A stretch of DNA of 64,000 bases from Octopus vulgaris (lineage: Eukaryota): NCBI GenBank assembly GCA_951406725.2, contig OX597818.1, forward strand, positions 27,590,001 to 27,654,000, in the 5' to 3' direction. Made by a program: the position numbers and the translations under genes. Of the stretch, positions 11,588-24,977 are shown one piece after another. The notes beneath the pieces are model-generated. The model did not search any database. It was given only the letters and a program-made list of their open reading frames with translations, and had not been told where the DNA came from. Each line of letters begins with the position of its first letter. Positions within the stretch are counted from its first letter, which is position 1.

Positions 11588-13125
11588 TGCCAGGCAGAAG
11601 CATCGCTGTTGCTATATTTCTGGTAAGGCAGCTGCAGGAGAAATATCTTGCCATAGATAAACCTCTGTACTTGGCGTTTGTTGACATGGAAAAGGCCTTT
11701 GACAGGGTCCCCGATCCCTTATCTGGTGGTCAATGTGGAAACTGGAGGTAGATGAGAGGTTGGTAAGAGTTGTACAAGCCTTGTACAGGGATGCTGTCTG
11801 TAAAGTGAGGGTTGGCAATGAGTATAGTGAAGAATTCTGAGTGAAGTAGGGGCTCAACTCCCTCTTATTCATTATAGTCCTCCAGGCAATAATAGAGGAA
11901 TTCGAAACAGGCTGCCTCTGGGAGCTCCTCTATGCTGATGACCTTGCTCTAATTGCTGAGTCACTGTAGAACCAGAGGCAAAGTTTAGGGTATAGAAGCA
12001 AAGGGCCTCAGGGTTAACCTAGCAAAAACCAAAGTCTTAGTAAGTAGGAAGACTGTTAAATCACAAACCCCTTCAGGTAGATAACCTGCTTGATTTGTAG
12101 AAAAGGCATGGGTAGAAACTCCATATGATGTAACTGATGTAAGCTATGGACACATAAAAGGTGCAGCAAAATCAAAGGAAGGTTAACCAGGAAGATAGTT
12201 TTTGTGTATGGCAGATGCACAGAGGCAATAAACACTGAAGAAGTACAGAAAGCAGATTCCATCACATGCCAGGTGGAGAAACTAGAAGTAGTTAATAGCT
12301 TCTGCTACATAGGTGACCAAGTCTGTAGTGAGGTTGGTTGCTCTGAGAGTGTAGTGGCTAGAATAAGAATAGCCTGGACAAAGTTCAGGGAGGTCCTACC
12401 TCTGCTGGCAACAAAGGTGTCTCGTTTAGGATGAAAGGTTGCCTGTATGATGCATGTGCACAAACTGCCATGCTACATGGCAGTGAAACATGGGCCATGA
12501 CTGCTAAGGACACGTGTAGGCTTGAAAGAAATGAAGCTAGTACGATCTGCTGGATGTGTAATGTCAGTGCACATACACAACAGAGTGTAAGGTCCCCGAG
12601 AGAAAAGTTGGGCATAAGAAGCATCAAATGTAGCATGCAAGAGAGAAAACTGCACTGGTATGATCATGTATTATGTATGGATGAAGCCAGCTGTGTGAGG
12701 AAGTGCCACTCCCTAACTGTGGAAGGAACCTGTGGAAGAGGTAGACCCAGGAAGATGAGGTGGTAAAGAATGACCTTCGAACATTGACCTTCACCTAATT
12801 GGCTCTCATGCTGGTGGCACATAAAAAGCACCATCCGAATGTGGCCAATGCCAGTACCCCCTTGCTGGCCCCCATGCCGGTGGCATGTAAAAATCACTAT
12901 CTGAATGTGATCGATGCCAGGCCCACCTGACTGGCTCCTGTGCTGCTGGCACATAAAAGGCACTCACTATACTCCCGGAGTGGTTAGCGTTAGGAAGGGC
13001 ATCCAGCTGTAGAAACATTATCAGATCAGATTGGAACCTGGTGCAGCCACTGGCTCTCCAGACCTCAGTCAAATCGTCCAACCCATGCTAACATGGAAAG
13101 CAGACATTAAACGATGATGATGATA
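11588..13125 (+). mobile_element. 5'-truncated RTE-clade LINE (degenerate RT, Cys-rich insert, 3' UTR with tandem units)
   Basis: Translates to FLVRQLQEKYL..KPLYLAFVDMEKAFDRVP, ELLYADDLALIA, LHGSETW, GRGRPRK. The 3' UTR has three ~65-bp units and a (GAT)n tail. Confidence 0.88.
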
Positions 13126-13127
13126 TG

Positions 13128-13205
<78 letters not shown>

Positions 13206-13909
13206 TGTATATATTTAATTTTGGGGAAACTTTATTATTTCAATAAAGTGTATTTTATTTATACATATTATGTATGTATGTATCAAAGAAAGCAAAAAAT
13301 GAAAAAGCAAAAGGCTAAATGGATGTGTATGTGTAAAAGAATTCAGTACTCAGTATTTTGGCTACAATAGTTGAAGGTTAAAAGTTCAATTATTTTTGAT
13401 AGTGGTTTGGTTGAGGTCTTTGTATTTATGTTATGATTGTATGTATATGTATTTTTATTTTATGGGAAATTATATACATATACACATGTATGCGCATGTA
13501 TGTGTGTATAATGGGAGAGAGAAAGATGGGGGAGGTGAGATAAAATCTCTTTGCAATGGCACCCATTCAGGCTTTGGATAAGCACAAATAAACAGACATA
13601 TACAGCCACACACACATGCACGAACACACACACATACACACATATGCACACAAATACACAAACACGGGGCTATAATAGGAGAATTTTCTTTTTCATAACC
13701 ATTACTGGTTGACACGCATGAATATGAGGGCAATTTTTCTCTTCACTTTTATCTGCATCATGTCATAGATTTATAATCCTTTGGTATTCTTCTGCTACTG
13801 CCTGCAGAGTTAATTTTTGGTCCTCTTCTAATTTTGTTAATATCAAGGAACTTATATCTGCATCTTTGCTTGCAGTTAGCCTTTGAACAAAAATTAAACA
13901 TCTGAACAT

Positions 13910-14645
13910 TCTGGGTAGGTGTAGGAGTCCACCAAGGATCTGTCCCCAGGCCCCTCTTATTCATCATAGTACTCCAGACAGGAACAGAGGAATTCAAGAC
14001 AGGAGGCCTCTGGGACTTCTCTAATGCTGATGACCTTGCTCTAATAGCTGAGTCACTATCAGAACTAGAGAAGTTTCAGGTGTGGAAGTAAGGTCTAGAA
14101 TCGAAGGGCCTAAGAGTCAATCTAGCAAAAACCAAAGTCTAAGTAAGTAAGAAGACTGACAAACCACAAATCCATTCAGGTAGATGGCCCTGCTCGATCT
14201 GTAGAGAAGGTGTAGGTAGGAATTCCATAAGTGCCACCTGATTGGCACCCGTGCTGGTAGTATATAAGAAACACCATTTGAGTGTGGTTGATGCCAGTGC
14301 CAGCTGACTGGTCACGTGCCAGTGGCATGTAAAAAGTACCATTTGAGCGTGGTTGTTGCCTGTGCCGTCTGACTGGCTCCCATGCCGGTGACACATAAAA
14401 TGCACCATTCAAGCATGGTTGATGCCAGTACTGCCTGAATGGCCCTTGTGCGATGGCATGTAAAAAGCAGCCACTACACTCTTGGAGTGGTTGGTGTTAG
14501 GAAGGGTATCCAGCTGTAGAAACTTTGTCAGATCGGATTGGAGTCTAGTGCAGCCTTCTGGCTTGCCAGCTCTCAGTCAAACTGTCCAACCCATACCAGC
14601 ATGGAAAGCAGACGTTAAACAATGATGATGATGATGATGATGTTG
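13910..14645 (+). mobile_element. RTE LINE fragment with internal deletion, joined to 3' UTR tandem units
   Basis: VGVHQGSV..PLLFIIV, ADDLALIA, GRWPCSICR, then four ~65-bp units and (GAT)n. Confidence 0.8.
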
Positions 14646-15340
14646 AACATGTTCGGAGTTAATTCATTTAATTTGAATTTTTCACACTTTCTGTTAACCA
14701 CTCCAGTATAGGTGACGAAATCTTCAACATCTTTTTTAACCAAATTCAAACACTACCAGCGAATATTGAACAGGGAATGTCTTTCATTGAAAATTTTTAA
14801 TAAAATATTAAATGTTTCATCAAAACGAATTTCACCTGTTTTCTTCGGCAGAATATAATTAACTGTATTTTTCATGTGTAGAAGGAGATAACTTTCTTAG
14901 AAGTAGTCATACTTTTTTCTCATCTGACCAGTTTTTACACTCTTCTTTGATGATTTTTCATATCTTCAAAAATATGCAGAGAACGTAATCCCTTCTGGTT
15001 TGTAGCTGAATTCTTAAACTGAATTTGCTATGCTGTCTAGCAAAAAAGAACCTGAAATTTTTTCAGACTTCTTCAACATTAATCCCAGTAAGTGTTGGTT
15101 TTGTTTTTATTGCTGTTGAAACTGCCCCACGAAAGCCAATAAGTCCTCCGTGTTAAACGATTTTTTTCTTTCATTTTGTACAAAAAAAAACAAAACATTT
15201 AAACATCCAATGCAAGTTTCGAACAATTTGTCACCCCTTATATATCCTGGTGTTTATAAGTTAATGAAGCAGGGGGAAAGAAAATACTCACACAATGCAC
15301 TATGATTACTATAGCACAAAATTAAATGCTTGCTGCCAAC
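14645..15340 (-). mobile_element. Decayed Ty3/Gypsy gag fragment
   Basis: Minus strand encodes EFSYKPEGITFSAYF.RYE...WSDEKKV.LLLRKL...NYILPKK...SLFNIRW.CLNLVK..EDFVTYTGVVNRKCEKF, with stops and frameshifts. Confidence 0.7.
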
Positions 15341-15449
15341 AGCTCACAGTGAACTGCTTACCTAATCAATAAGGCTGCCAGTTCTTTATTTTATAGCAAT
15401 GAGTCAGTCCACTTTTAGTCACTTGGGGGTGGTCAGAATCCTTCCACAA

Positions 15450-16790
15450 CAGTCAGAGTCTAATACTCCTAGATACTTATAACTTTCTCCTTTCACTGAT
15501 TGTAATGCCTGGCCATCTGGTAAATGAAGGCCTTCACTGCTGACTACTTGTCTCTTTCTTTATGACTAATGTTACACACTTATCTATGACAATTTCGATA
15601 TCTGTATCTTTGTTGAAAAATTTTACACTCTGTATTAAGGAATCCATCTCTTTTACATCCTTACTAAAAAGCTTCTGATCATCCATGTAGAGCAAATGGT
15701 GAATTTTTCCATTACTATCTCTAAACTGATATCCTACCTTTACCTTTCTTTATACTAAACTGAGGCAGATTAAACATAATGCAAAGGGGATAACTTTCCA
15801 TAAAGCTGTACCACCTGAGTTCAGATCTAATTTCCATCTTGTCATGCCATAGTTAATTAAGTTTCTGTTGTGTGCAATACTGAATATTCTGAAGCATTCA
15901 TTTATCCGTGAGTGTTGAATCATGCCATAGGGTTTCTTATAATCTATCCATGCTATTGCTAACTTTTCTTTTCTGGATTTCACTTCTTTTAGGACATCTT
16001 TGTCTATAATATATCATGCTTTTCTCTCCTCTAACCTTTCTGTTCTGGCCACAAATTCTGGTTATCTAGGTGTTCATAAATGCTCTCTGAGAGCATTCCT
16101 GTTAACAGCTTGCACACCAATGGTAAGCAGGTAATTGGTCTATAATTACTATCTATCATATATTGCCCTTATTTTGTTTTTAGGAAAAGTTCTATTCTCT
16201 TTCTAGTCATCCAACTGGGTACAACTCCTCTATTTAGGCTATCCTGAAGTTGTTCCTTCAGTCTTCTATGTAAGCTACTAAATTTATTTGAACAAAGTTT
16301 GGTCCTTGGTCTTCCAATTCAGCATTCTTTCTAGCACTTTGCTCATTATTTCACTAGTAAGTTTTAGTGCTTCTCACTCCTACTTTCTTTAACCATACTG
16401 CATCTCCATTATGATTAGCTGGCTTATCCTAAATATCACTCCAGAACTTTCTAGCCTTCTCTGCATAAGGAATTGCATCTTCATTAGTTTCTTCTACACC
16501 ATTTTATCATAAAATCTCCTCTTGTCTGTCTCAAACCATCATTTCTTTGATACTGATATATTCTTTTCTGATATCTGGAAAGCTTACCTGCTAGCTATTA
16601 CTATGATATACTGTGTCAGGTCTTCCATGAATATCCTAAATCCTTTCTCTTTGGCTAGGTATCTTTTCTGAAGAGAAGATTTTAATTTTTGTGTTTCCTT
16701 GCTAGTTCTATTTCCAGGCTACTGTTCTACTCAGATCTTGTCTTAAAGTTTTCACTTTATTTTCTAATAAGAGTATTTTGCTTTCCTTAT
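15450..16790 (-). mobile_element. R4/Dong-like non-LTR retrotransposon RT remnant
   Basis: LAIAWIDYKKPYGMIQHSRI and HHLLYMDD.KL motifs, plus RPITCLPL; many stops. Confidence 0.7.
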
Positions 16791-17659
16791 ATCTTTATCA
16801 CTCTTTCTCCATATGTCATATGATTCTTTTATTATTCCTATGTGTTTTGGGTATAGTGTTGCATTGTAGAATATAGCACTTCAATGTAGTCAACATATTT
16901 CCATCATTCTCTTTTGGTTTGGATTTCATTTCGTCGGTGACAATAGAGGATGAGTCCATCTGTCCAGTGTTAACTTTTTGACAGAGCACCTCTCTGGTGT
17001 GTGCTGAGGCTTCTTTTGTATCATGATTGCTCAAGGCTCACAGAATGAAATTCACCACTATTTCTCTATTTTTGATGTCGTTATCAGCAAGCACACTGTT
17101 TGAAAGCAAATTTGCTACAACTTTTGTTAAACTCATTTACATACTGTGCATTCAATGATCATTTGTTTTGTTCACGTATTTATATGTGAGTTGTATAAAC
17201 ATTATATTTGTTGATGTGTAAGCATAAAACAGCATTGTGCACACATGTAGTAATGAGAATACAAATGTGATTAATTCTAGTACTCACAGTGTTGTTCACA
17301 GTTCCATTTACAATAAATCTTCAGCTCCTCATAATTTTTACACTTTCTTGCATATGTTTCACTGTGGTATTCCATTAGTTTGACATTGCAGCTCTACATG
17401 TTTACAGCTTTGAGTAAAAGTCGTTCAGTTTCTTGAAATGACTTACATTAAAAAATATTTTGTTTCATTTCTTTTTTTTGTGATTTCTTAGATACTACTT
17501 GGTGATGATCTCAGATTCAGTCTTTCCTCCCAGACAGCTCGTTATGCATGTCAATGATGTTCATCATTCACTGCATTATTATTATTATTATTATTATTGT
17601 CCTCTTCCTCCTGATCATCATCATCATCATCATCATTATTATTATTGAGAAAGAGAGAG

Positions 17660-18220
17660 AGAGAGAGAGCAGTGCATGCCATCCAAGTGACACTGGAGTA
17701 CAAATATACTAAGCCCAATATACCCATCATGGCAATCCATCTGATAAGAGTACACCAGGCACATGCATCACAATCATATGTTCATGACAGAATGATTTCA
17801 TATCAAAATAAATAGCTCATACCTTGCAGGTAGGGTCCAGATAGAATTTTCTTCAGGTCAAGTGGCCCATTCCAGTCAAAAACCCCTGAATAAAGTTTGT
17901 TTAAGGATGAAGAACAAAACACTCATGTTTCCAGAAGTGAATTATTCAAATACCAAAGAATTCCTCTCAACACATGGCTATGATGCTTCCCCTCTGCTCC
18001 TGCTCTTGATTAGAGATGCACATGCTGTCAGCCACCAAGGGACATGCTCATGTGTTAAGGTGAAGCAAATACCAAGCAAATGTATGGTATTGAGCAAAAT
18101 ATTTTGTGTAGCCCATCTTTTATGTCAAAACAAAACATCTATATAACACTTCCAATCAGTTAACATCAGAAGACATAAGAACCAGTGCCTGGTAATGCAT
18201 CAGGGTATTTATTATTATTA
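17660..18220. mobile_element. Interspersed repeat (probable non-LTR 3' end), also present at 63880-63995 in the opposite orientation
   Basis: CCATCTGATAAGAGTACACCAGGCACATGCATCACA is the reverse complement of 63935-63980; flanked by (ATT)n tracts. Confidence 0.55.
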
Positions 18221-18419
18221 CTAGGGTACCCGTTAAACAATATGTAGTTTAATGTACAATTTTTTCTCATGTATACCCAAAATAATTTAAAGTATCAATC
18301 ACTGGTTTTACATTAAATTTACATAAATCACTCTCTATATATATGTATTATACAAGTTTATTAAATATTTCATACACACAGGATAATCCATGACAAAAAT
18401 TAAATAATAAATATAATGA

Positions 18420-18605
18420 TAAGCAACTGCTCAAGAACAATTGAATGTGTTTGCAGCCAGTGCAAAAATTGCTAATGAATACTTACTTTGATACTACTCT
18501 CCTGATCTCAAGCAGTTACTTTTAGAAACAAAATAGGAATAATCAGCAATATACTGCAACTGCTCAGGAACAATTGAGAGTGTTTGCCACCAGTGCAAAA
18601 TTTGT
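18420..18605. repeat. ~48-bp direct repeat pair
   Basis: GCAACTGCTCA(A/G)GAACAATTGA..GTGTTTGC..CCAGTGCAAAA at about 18423 and 18556. Confidence 0.7.
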
Positions 18606-19959
18606 TCTCTTGCTACTCTATGTTGTAGAAAGTCCTGTAGTAAAATTTTGGAGCATCATGTTTGGCTCAAGTTAGCCTGCGCTTCTCTTTGTCATGCAGC
18701 ATTTATGTCTCTTACAGCTTCTCATCAGTCACTGCTCAATCTTCTTCACCTCTCCTGTTGATGAAGTCTGGAAGCTTCTCTTCTATGGCTAGCAATATCA
18801 ATACTCATAATGGGGTTTGAATTGTTTCAAAAAATAAGAAAATGTGTGTTTAAGCATTGACTTCAAATTTATCAAAATAAAAGCGTAGCTCATTTATGGG
18901 ATTTTCAGTGCACGTAATTATTTTGAAACATCACTATATATTCTGGTTCGTATCCATTATTATAGTGTGGATTTTAATGAGCAAATGTTTTTTAAAACCT
19001 ACAGGTAATAATAAAATTAAATAGAATTACCTTCCAAATGTCCTTTAACTTTCAGACTTTGATATCCATGAACCTTTAAAGCTTTCGTATCTGTGGATCT
19101 CAAAAATGTTTAATACCTATCCACCTCCTTGTACTCCTAGCTTTATCGTATTTTAAATAGTTATTTTATTTCATTTTCTCTCATCTTCCTTCCTTTCCTA
19201 CCAATGGCGTTACCCTGCTGTCTTATTAAAATTCAATCACGTTGCCTGAGATACACTAACACAGGAGGGGAGATTTGGCTGTTTTTTGTCGCAAGTCGGG
19301 CGACTGCATAGATATTTTGTTGGAGTATCAATTGCTGAAAGAGCAACAGATAAGAGAAAAGAGTCCCCAATGTCCCCCACAGTTAAAATACTGCAATCTG
19401 ACTCTATGTATCTGTGTACCAACTATTTTTTTCATGTCATCTATGTATCTACTGTCTCTCTCACTTTCTCTCTCACGTTCCCTCTTTCTCTCTCCCTTTC
19501 TCTGTGTCCCTCCTCTCTCTTACTTTTAATTTAACAATGTGTGTATGTATCTACTTTTTTTTTATCTATGTATCTATTTTCTTTGTATGTATCAGTCTAC
19601 TCTGAAAATACTGATAAAAATTCTTCCTCTCTTCCTTTCAGTCACCACTCACTCTCTCTCTCTCTCTCTCTCTCTCACTCGTTCTCTTTCTCTCCCATTT
19701 AAACAGAATTATTTAATTTTAGTATATGTGATACCATTCTTTCAAGTTAACTGCTTGAATTTCTTCCAAAAACTACTTGAATTTCTTTCTATCTTAATAT
19801 TGAAGAAAAGTGTGACTGACGGATAGATAGAGAGACAGACAGATGGATGTGGCTCTTATCATAGTATTTTTATTTGATGAAAACTCTCAACTTATTTTGT
19901 TGGGTGTGATGGAAAATGTCAGCTGTCCACAACCAGCAGACTAAGGTGACACTTGTTTA

Positions 19960-20770
19960 CTGGTCATGCTTAAAAAAACTTGTGAAGATTTCTTGCAGTT
20001 CCAGGCAATGCTAATTTTTGTAGATGTTCTACCTTTACATTTGTACCAATCTTTTTGAGTCATGTTACCAATACCTCAAATGCACCAGTTACTATTGGTA
20101 TCGTGTCTACTCTCCTCATTGACCACAACCTTCATATTTCCCACTTCAAATCATTGTACTTGTTCAATACTTTTTTCTTACTCTTTGACCCTGTTGTCAC
20201 TGGGACATGCTATGTCAATTATCATGCATGTTCTTTCTTTTTTGTTCACCACGACAATGTCTAGTTTCTGTTATTTGGTCAGATGATCACACAGAATCAT
20301 TGCATCTCAGGATTTTTCAATTTTTCTTGCTCTTTGTAGGCTGTGATTTACACAGAGATCCCAATGTATCATTTTTGCCACATTGTCATGTCTTTTGTGT
20401 TTGCATTGTGCCAATTTTGGGCATTCACTATTGATGCGTCATACTATTTCATCCCTCTCACCACACATTCTGCATTTGTCACTGTTGATAGTGTTGTTGA
20501 TTCTGTACTTCACATAGTTTGTCCTTAACACTTGTTCTTGTGCTGCACATATAAGTGCTTCTGTCTATTTTCAGATCACTCCTCCTTATCCATAGCCATT
20601 GATCTTCTGTATCTGTCTTGGCATTCGTATCTCTTGCAAACTGACCGTAGATTTTCTTTTCCTCCTGCCAGGTTGTTTCTTTTTTTTTGCATTCTTTTCC
20701 TCTTTAAGTTTTTCTTTCTTTACACAACTATCAGTTTTAATGACACCGGACTTCTTTACTTGTCTCAACA
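19960..20770 (-). mobile_element. R4-like LINE C-terminal remnant
   Basis: Minus strand IPIVTGAFE...EHLQKLALPGTARNLHKF resembles the restriction-like endonuclease C-terminus (PIVIGALG...LQK.ALLGTARILR). Confidence 0.55.
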
Positions 20771-22072
20771 ATGGCTCTAATGTAGGGCAGAATTCATGAC
20801 AGACAAACTGTAGACAGGAAATTCACTGTGAGCTAGCTAGGGAGTTTGGTCTGCAGCGAAGTGGTATTCTGGAGAGAGAAGAGAAACACCATAATGTAAG
20901 CAGTGAGTGTTAAATGTTTAACTAAACAGAAATAATTGGTGACATAAGCCCTGATGTACGTTGAGTAATAAACCTTTGATAAATATCTGTTTAGTTGTGT
21001 ATAACTTAACAAAGCTATAACTGGTGACCCGGGCGATAGAACAACAGTCCTTGCTATCGAAACAAACATAGCAAGTGATAAAACAACACTGAGGCTACCG
21101 CAATTCTGGCCTAAGAGGGCTGAAATATGGTTCACACTGGTGGAAGCCCAATTCAATACAAACAAGGTAACGGCTGACCTAACGAAATATTTGTACGTAG
21201 TAGTGGCACTGGATGAAGATACAGCAACGAGGGTGCTGGACATTTTAACCCAGCCCCAACCAATGCACAAATACGCCATATTGAAAAACAGACTAGTGGA
21301 TATATTCCAACGCAGTGAATGAGAAGTGGCAGCCAAGATACTGGAGGAGGAATTAGGCGATTCTAAGCCTTCAGAACACTAGTCCCCCTCCCCAATGATG
21401 ACTCATTGACAACAACACATATGGTTCTGTGTCTCTGGCAACATCTGCACATGCTGCCCCCCACCGCGTAGTAACCGTTTCGCAGACCGAGGATGAATTC
21501 TCGAAGCTTCTTGCAAGTCACCTCAATCTCACTACTCTGACATTCTCCAAACCTACAGTCCACCATGAGGTGACACACCACATCTCCACCACCGCCCCCA
21601 GTGCATAACCGCACACGCAGTCTATCACCAGACAAACTTGTAATTGCAAAGGCCGAGTTCAACAATATGGGCATAGTTCACTGATCAAGCAGTCCCTGAT
21701 CGTCACCCCTGCATGTGGCCCCCCAATCCAATGGATGTTATCGACCCTGTGGAAATTACCACTGTCTCAACGTAGGTACGACACCTGACTGCTACCCTAT
21801 TCCACTTATACAGGATTTCTCAGCCCAGCTAGCTGGGTGCTCAGTTTTCTCGAAGGTTGACCTTATCCGAGGATACCACGACGATGTACTGAAAACTGCT
21901 GTGATGACTCCTTTCAGTCTGTACAAATTCCTACGGACACCCTTTGGGCTGAAAAATGCTTGATGGACACTGTGTGCAGAGGTTTCAATTTTGTTTTTGC
22001 ATACTTAGATGATATTCAAGCCAAAATACGGAGCTACATAAAAAGCACCTAGTGACTCTTTTTGATAGGCTG

Positions 22073-22319
22073 TGTTATGTAATCATCACAACAAACATGA
22101 ACAATTAACGTTGTCCATTGTCTCCCTTGATACAAGGACAATCAGTATGTTTCCCGCCACAACAAAGAAATACCTTGTACAACAACGCGCAGTCTAATAA
22201 AGTATCTCGTATCGTTAACACGTTTTTTCAGTCTCTCTCACTTTCTTAATCTTTCATACTAAGTACTCACTACTTCCTTTAATACTCAATACATTATATA
22301 TATATATATAACAACAACA
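22073..22319 (+). repeat. 5' LTR of the nested element
   Basis: 247 bp, TGTT...AACA with AATAAA; differs from the 3' LTR by two substitutions and one TA unit. Confidence 0.95.
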
Positions 22320-22397
22320 TGGTGTCAGAAAACTAAAAGAACCCAAAATACAGAAACCAAAAGAAAAAAGAAGTTGAAATCATACTTCAAAGACGAA

Positions 22398-24977
22398 ATG
22401 GAAAATTTACCGCATCCAAAAGACCTAGACTTTAATCAGGAAAATCTAGCCGCAGCATGGAAAAAGTGGGAAAAAGAATTCAATCTCTTTTTGATAGCAA
22501 CAGAAAGTGACATAAAGCCAGACAAAGTAAAAACTTCAATGTTTTTAACTTGCATCGGTTCCAAAGGCCGAGACATCCATTCCACTCTGGATTTCGATTC
22601 ACCCGACGAAGAAATGAACCTTCAAACAGTAATCCAAAAATTCGATACATATTGTGAACTCAGGAAAAACATAACTTTCCTGAGACACAAATTCTTCACA
22701 TGTGAACAAGCGGAACATCAAAAATTCGATGAGTACGTGGTAGAGTTGCGCCAAAAGGCACAACAGTGCGAATTCGGCAACCTCACAGACAGTCTCACCA
22801 GAGATATTCTGATATGTGGAATCAGAGACATGAGACTAAGAGAAAGATTATTGAGAGAACCAAATTTAGACTTACAAAACACAATTCAAGCAGGTCAGAG
22901 TGCAGAGCAAACACGACTCCAATCAAGGATGCTAAATGCCACATCCGAAACAAGAGATAACGAAATCTCGAGGGTATATAGTCAACACGACAGAAAAGGC
23001 GCCAAAACTCAAATAACTAGCCATATGCAATCCAGACATCAAAACGAACAAGGCGGATGTGACAGAAAGCCCGCGAAGTTTCAAGCGCCAAGTCAACACT
23101 ACGTCACTAACTGTCACTATTGTGGTTATAATCACAAAAGAAATAAATGCCCAGCATTTCACAAGACATGTGAAAAATGCAAGAAAAAAGGACACTATGC
23201 AAAAATGTGCAAATCAAGAAAATTTGTACATAAAGTAGAGATACATACCGACGATGAATCAGATGACGATACACATGCACTCGAAATGATCACTTCAAAT
23301 AATTCCCGCGTGCACAAAATCGAAAAGTTCAAGACTCCAAAAGACATTTGGACGGTCGAACTAAAAGTGAACAACTCGAATGTAACATTCAAAATTGATA
23401 CTGGAGCAGACGTAACCGTACTGCCATTCAGAGAATATAAAACTATAATTCCAAAACCACAACTGCAAAAAACCTCAACTCGGTTATCAGCTTACAATAA
23501 CACAGCTATAAAAGTGCTAGGAAAATGCACAGCAGTCATTAAATACAAAGAATTATCAAAACAAATAAAATTCATTGTTGCAAAAACAAACTCGCACGCA
23601 GTTATAGATGCAAAGACAGCTAAAGATCTGAACCTAATTCAGAGAATTTCAAAAATAAATTCGTCGAACACAAACGACATAATAGAAAAATGTGAAGAAT
23701 CAGTTGTTGCAGATACCCTATCACGTGCATACCTTAAGCAAAATACTCCAGAAGTATCAGACGAAGATATGAAATCGCACATACATGCAGTAATAAAAAA
23801 TTACCCCATAACCGACACTAAATTAAACGAGTACAAAGAAGCCACTGCAGACGACCCGTCACTACAGACACTCATCACATATACAAGAACAGAATGGTCC
23901 CCAAAAGACAAAATACCAATAAACATCAAACCATTCGTCTCCGTTCGTGATGAAATATCAATCGTCAATAGTCTCGTTCTAAAAGGTTCAAGAATAATTG
24001 TACCTAAGTCATTACGTAGAGAAGCTCTACAGGAAATACATACCGGACACATGGGTATCGAAAAATGCATAGAGAGAGCGAAGGAATGTATATACTGGCC
24101 CGGCATTAACGCTCAAATCAAAGACATGATTAACACATGCTCATACTGCATCGACTACAAAAACCAACAACCAGCCGAACCACTAATAAATCATGAAATA
24201 CCTACTATACCATGGACCAAAGTGGGTACAGACGTATTTCACCTGTCTGGAAATTCGTATGTCACAATTATTGACTATACAACAAGATTTTTTGATCTAC
24301 ACGAAATAAATGATTGCCAGTCAAAAACCGTAATCAAAAAATTAAAAGAAACTTTTGCTAAATTCGGAATTCCGCGAACAGTTGTAAGTGACAACGGTCC
24401 AGAATTCAATTCGGCTGAATTCAAAAAATTTGCAAAAAATTGGCATTTTCATCACACGAAGACAAGCCCGCATTATCATCAAGCGAATGGCATGGTTGAG
24501 AGAAATATACAGACAATAAAAAAGACGCTAAAAAAGGCATTCAAAAGTGGCGAAGAACCTCAGTTAGCGCTCTTAGCATTACGCACGACTAAATTACAAA
24601 ATGGTGCACCATCCCCTGCAAATCAAATAATGAATAGAACATTGCGAACAAATCTCCCAAACATACTACACGACAAAATTGGTATCAGGCCTCACGAAAA
24701 GAAGAAATCAAACATTACAACAGAACTCCCAGAGTTAAAACCACACGACACGGTTAGAATTAAGTTTAACAACAATTGGTTTAGAAGGGGCAAAATAATT
24801 AAAAAACTAGAGCAACCTCGTTCATACTTAGTAATAACAGAGGAAGGTAATACAGTCAAACGAAATAGACGACATATTCTTAAAACAAACGAACACGTTC
24901 GCATAACAGAAGAATTAGATTATGAAAATATATTTCCAAAGTCAACAAACACGCATGAAAAAACAAAAACAGCATAA
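22398..24977 (+). CDS. Gag-protease-integrase polyprotein without reverse transcriptase or RNase H
   Basis: Gag with zinc knuckles (CHYCGYNH...C; CEKCKKKGHYAKMC) and protease FKIDTGADVTVL, then NDIIEKCEES fused directly to VVADTLSRAYL. Integrase has HHCC (HTGH...CSYC) and D,D35E (GTD/SDNG/MVER). After the TAA the frame continues to TKSGRRIIIPCRYR* (25055). Confidence 0.9.
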   Translation: MENLPHPKDLDFNQENLAAAWKKWEKEFNLFLIATESDIKPDKVKTSMFLTCIGSKGRDIHSTLDFDSPDEEMNLQTVIQKFDTYCELRKNITFLRHKFFTCEQAEHQKFDEYVVELRQKAQQCEFGNLTDSLTRDILICGIRDMRLRERLLREPNLDLQNTIQAGQSAEQTRLQSRMLNATSETRDNEISRVYSQHDRKGAKTQITSHMQSRHQNEQGGCDRKPAKFQAPSQHYVTNCHYCGYNHKRNKCPAFHKTCEKCKKKGHYAKMCKSRKFVHKVEIHTDDESDDDTHALEMITSNNSRVHKIEKFKTPKDIWTVELKVNNSNVTFKIDTGADVTVLPFREYKTIIPKPQLQKTSTRLSAYNNTAIKVLGKCTAVIKYKELSKQIKFIVAKTNSHAVIDAKTAKDLNLIQRISKINSSNTNDIIEKCEESVVADTLSRAYLKQNTPEVSDEDMKSHIHAVIKNYPITDTKLNEYKEATADDPSLQTLITYTRTEWSPKDKIPINIKPFVSVRDEISIVNSLVLKGSRIIVPKSLRREALQEIHTGHMGIEKCIERAKECIYWPGINAQIKDMINTCSYCIDYKNQQPAEPLINHEIPTIPWTKVGTDVFHLSGNSYVTIIDYTTRFFDLHEINDCQSKTVIKKLKETFAKFGIPRTVVSDNGPEFNSAEFKKFAKNWHFHHTKTSPHYHQANGMVERNIQTIKKTLKKAFKSGEEPQLALLALRTTKLQNGAPSPANQIMNRTLRTNLPNILHDKIGIRPHEKKKSNITTELPELKPHDTVRIKFNNNWFRRGKIIKKLEQPRSYLVITEEGNTVKRNRRHILKTNEHVRITEELDYENIFPKSTNTHEKTKTA

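Noticed and set aside
12805-14470. CRISPR-like repeat-spacer array
   Set aside because: Whole units are homologous (no unique spacers), they sit in a eukaryotic LINE 3' UTR, and there are no cas genes.
16830-17500. Possible DNA transposase remnant
   Set aside because: Too decayed to assign any motif reliably.
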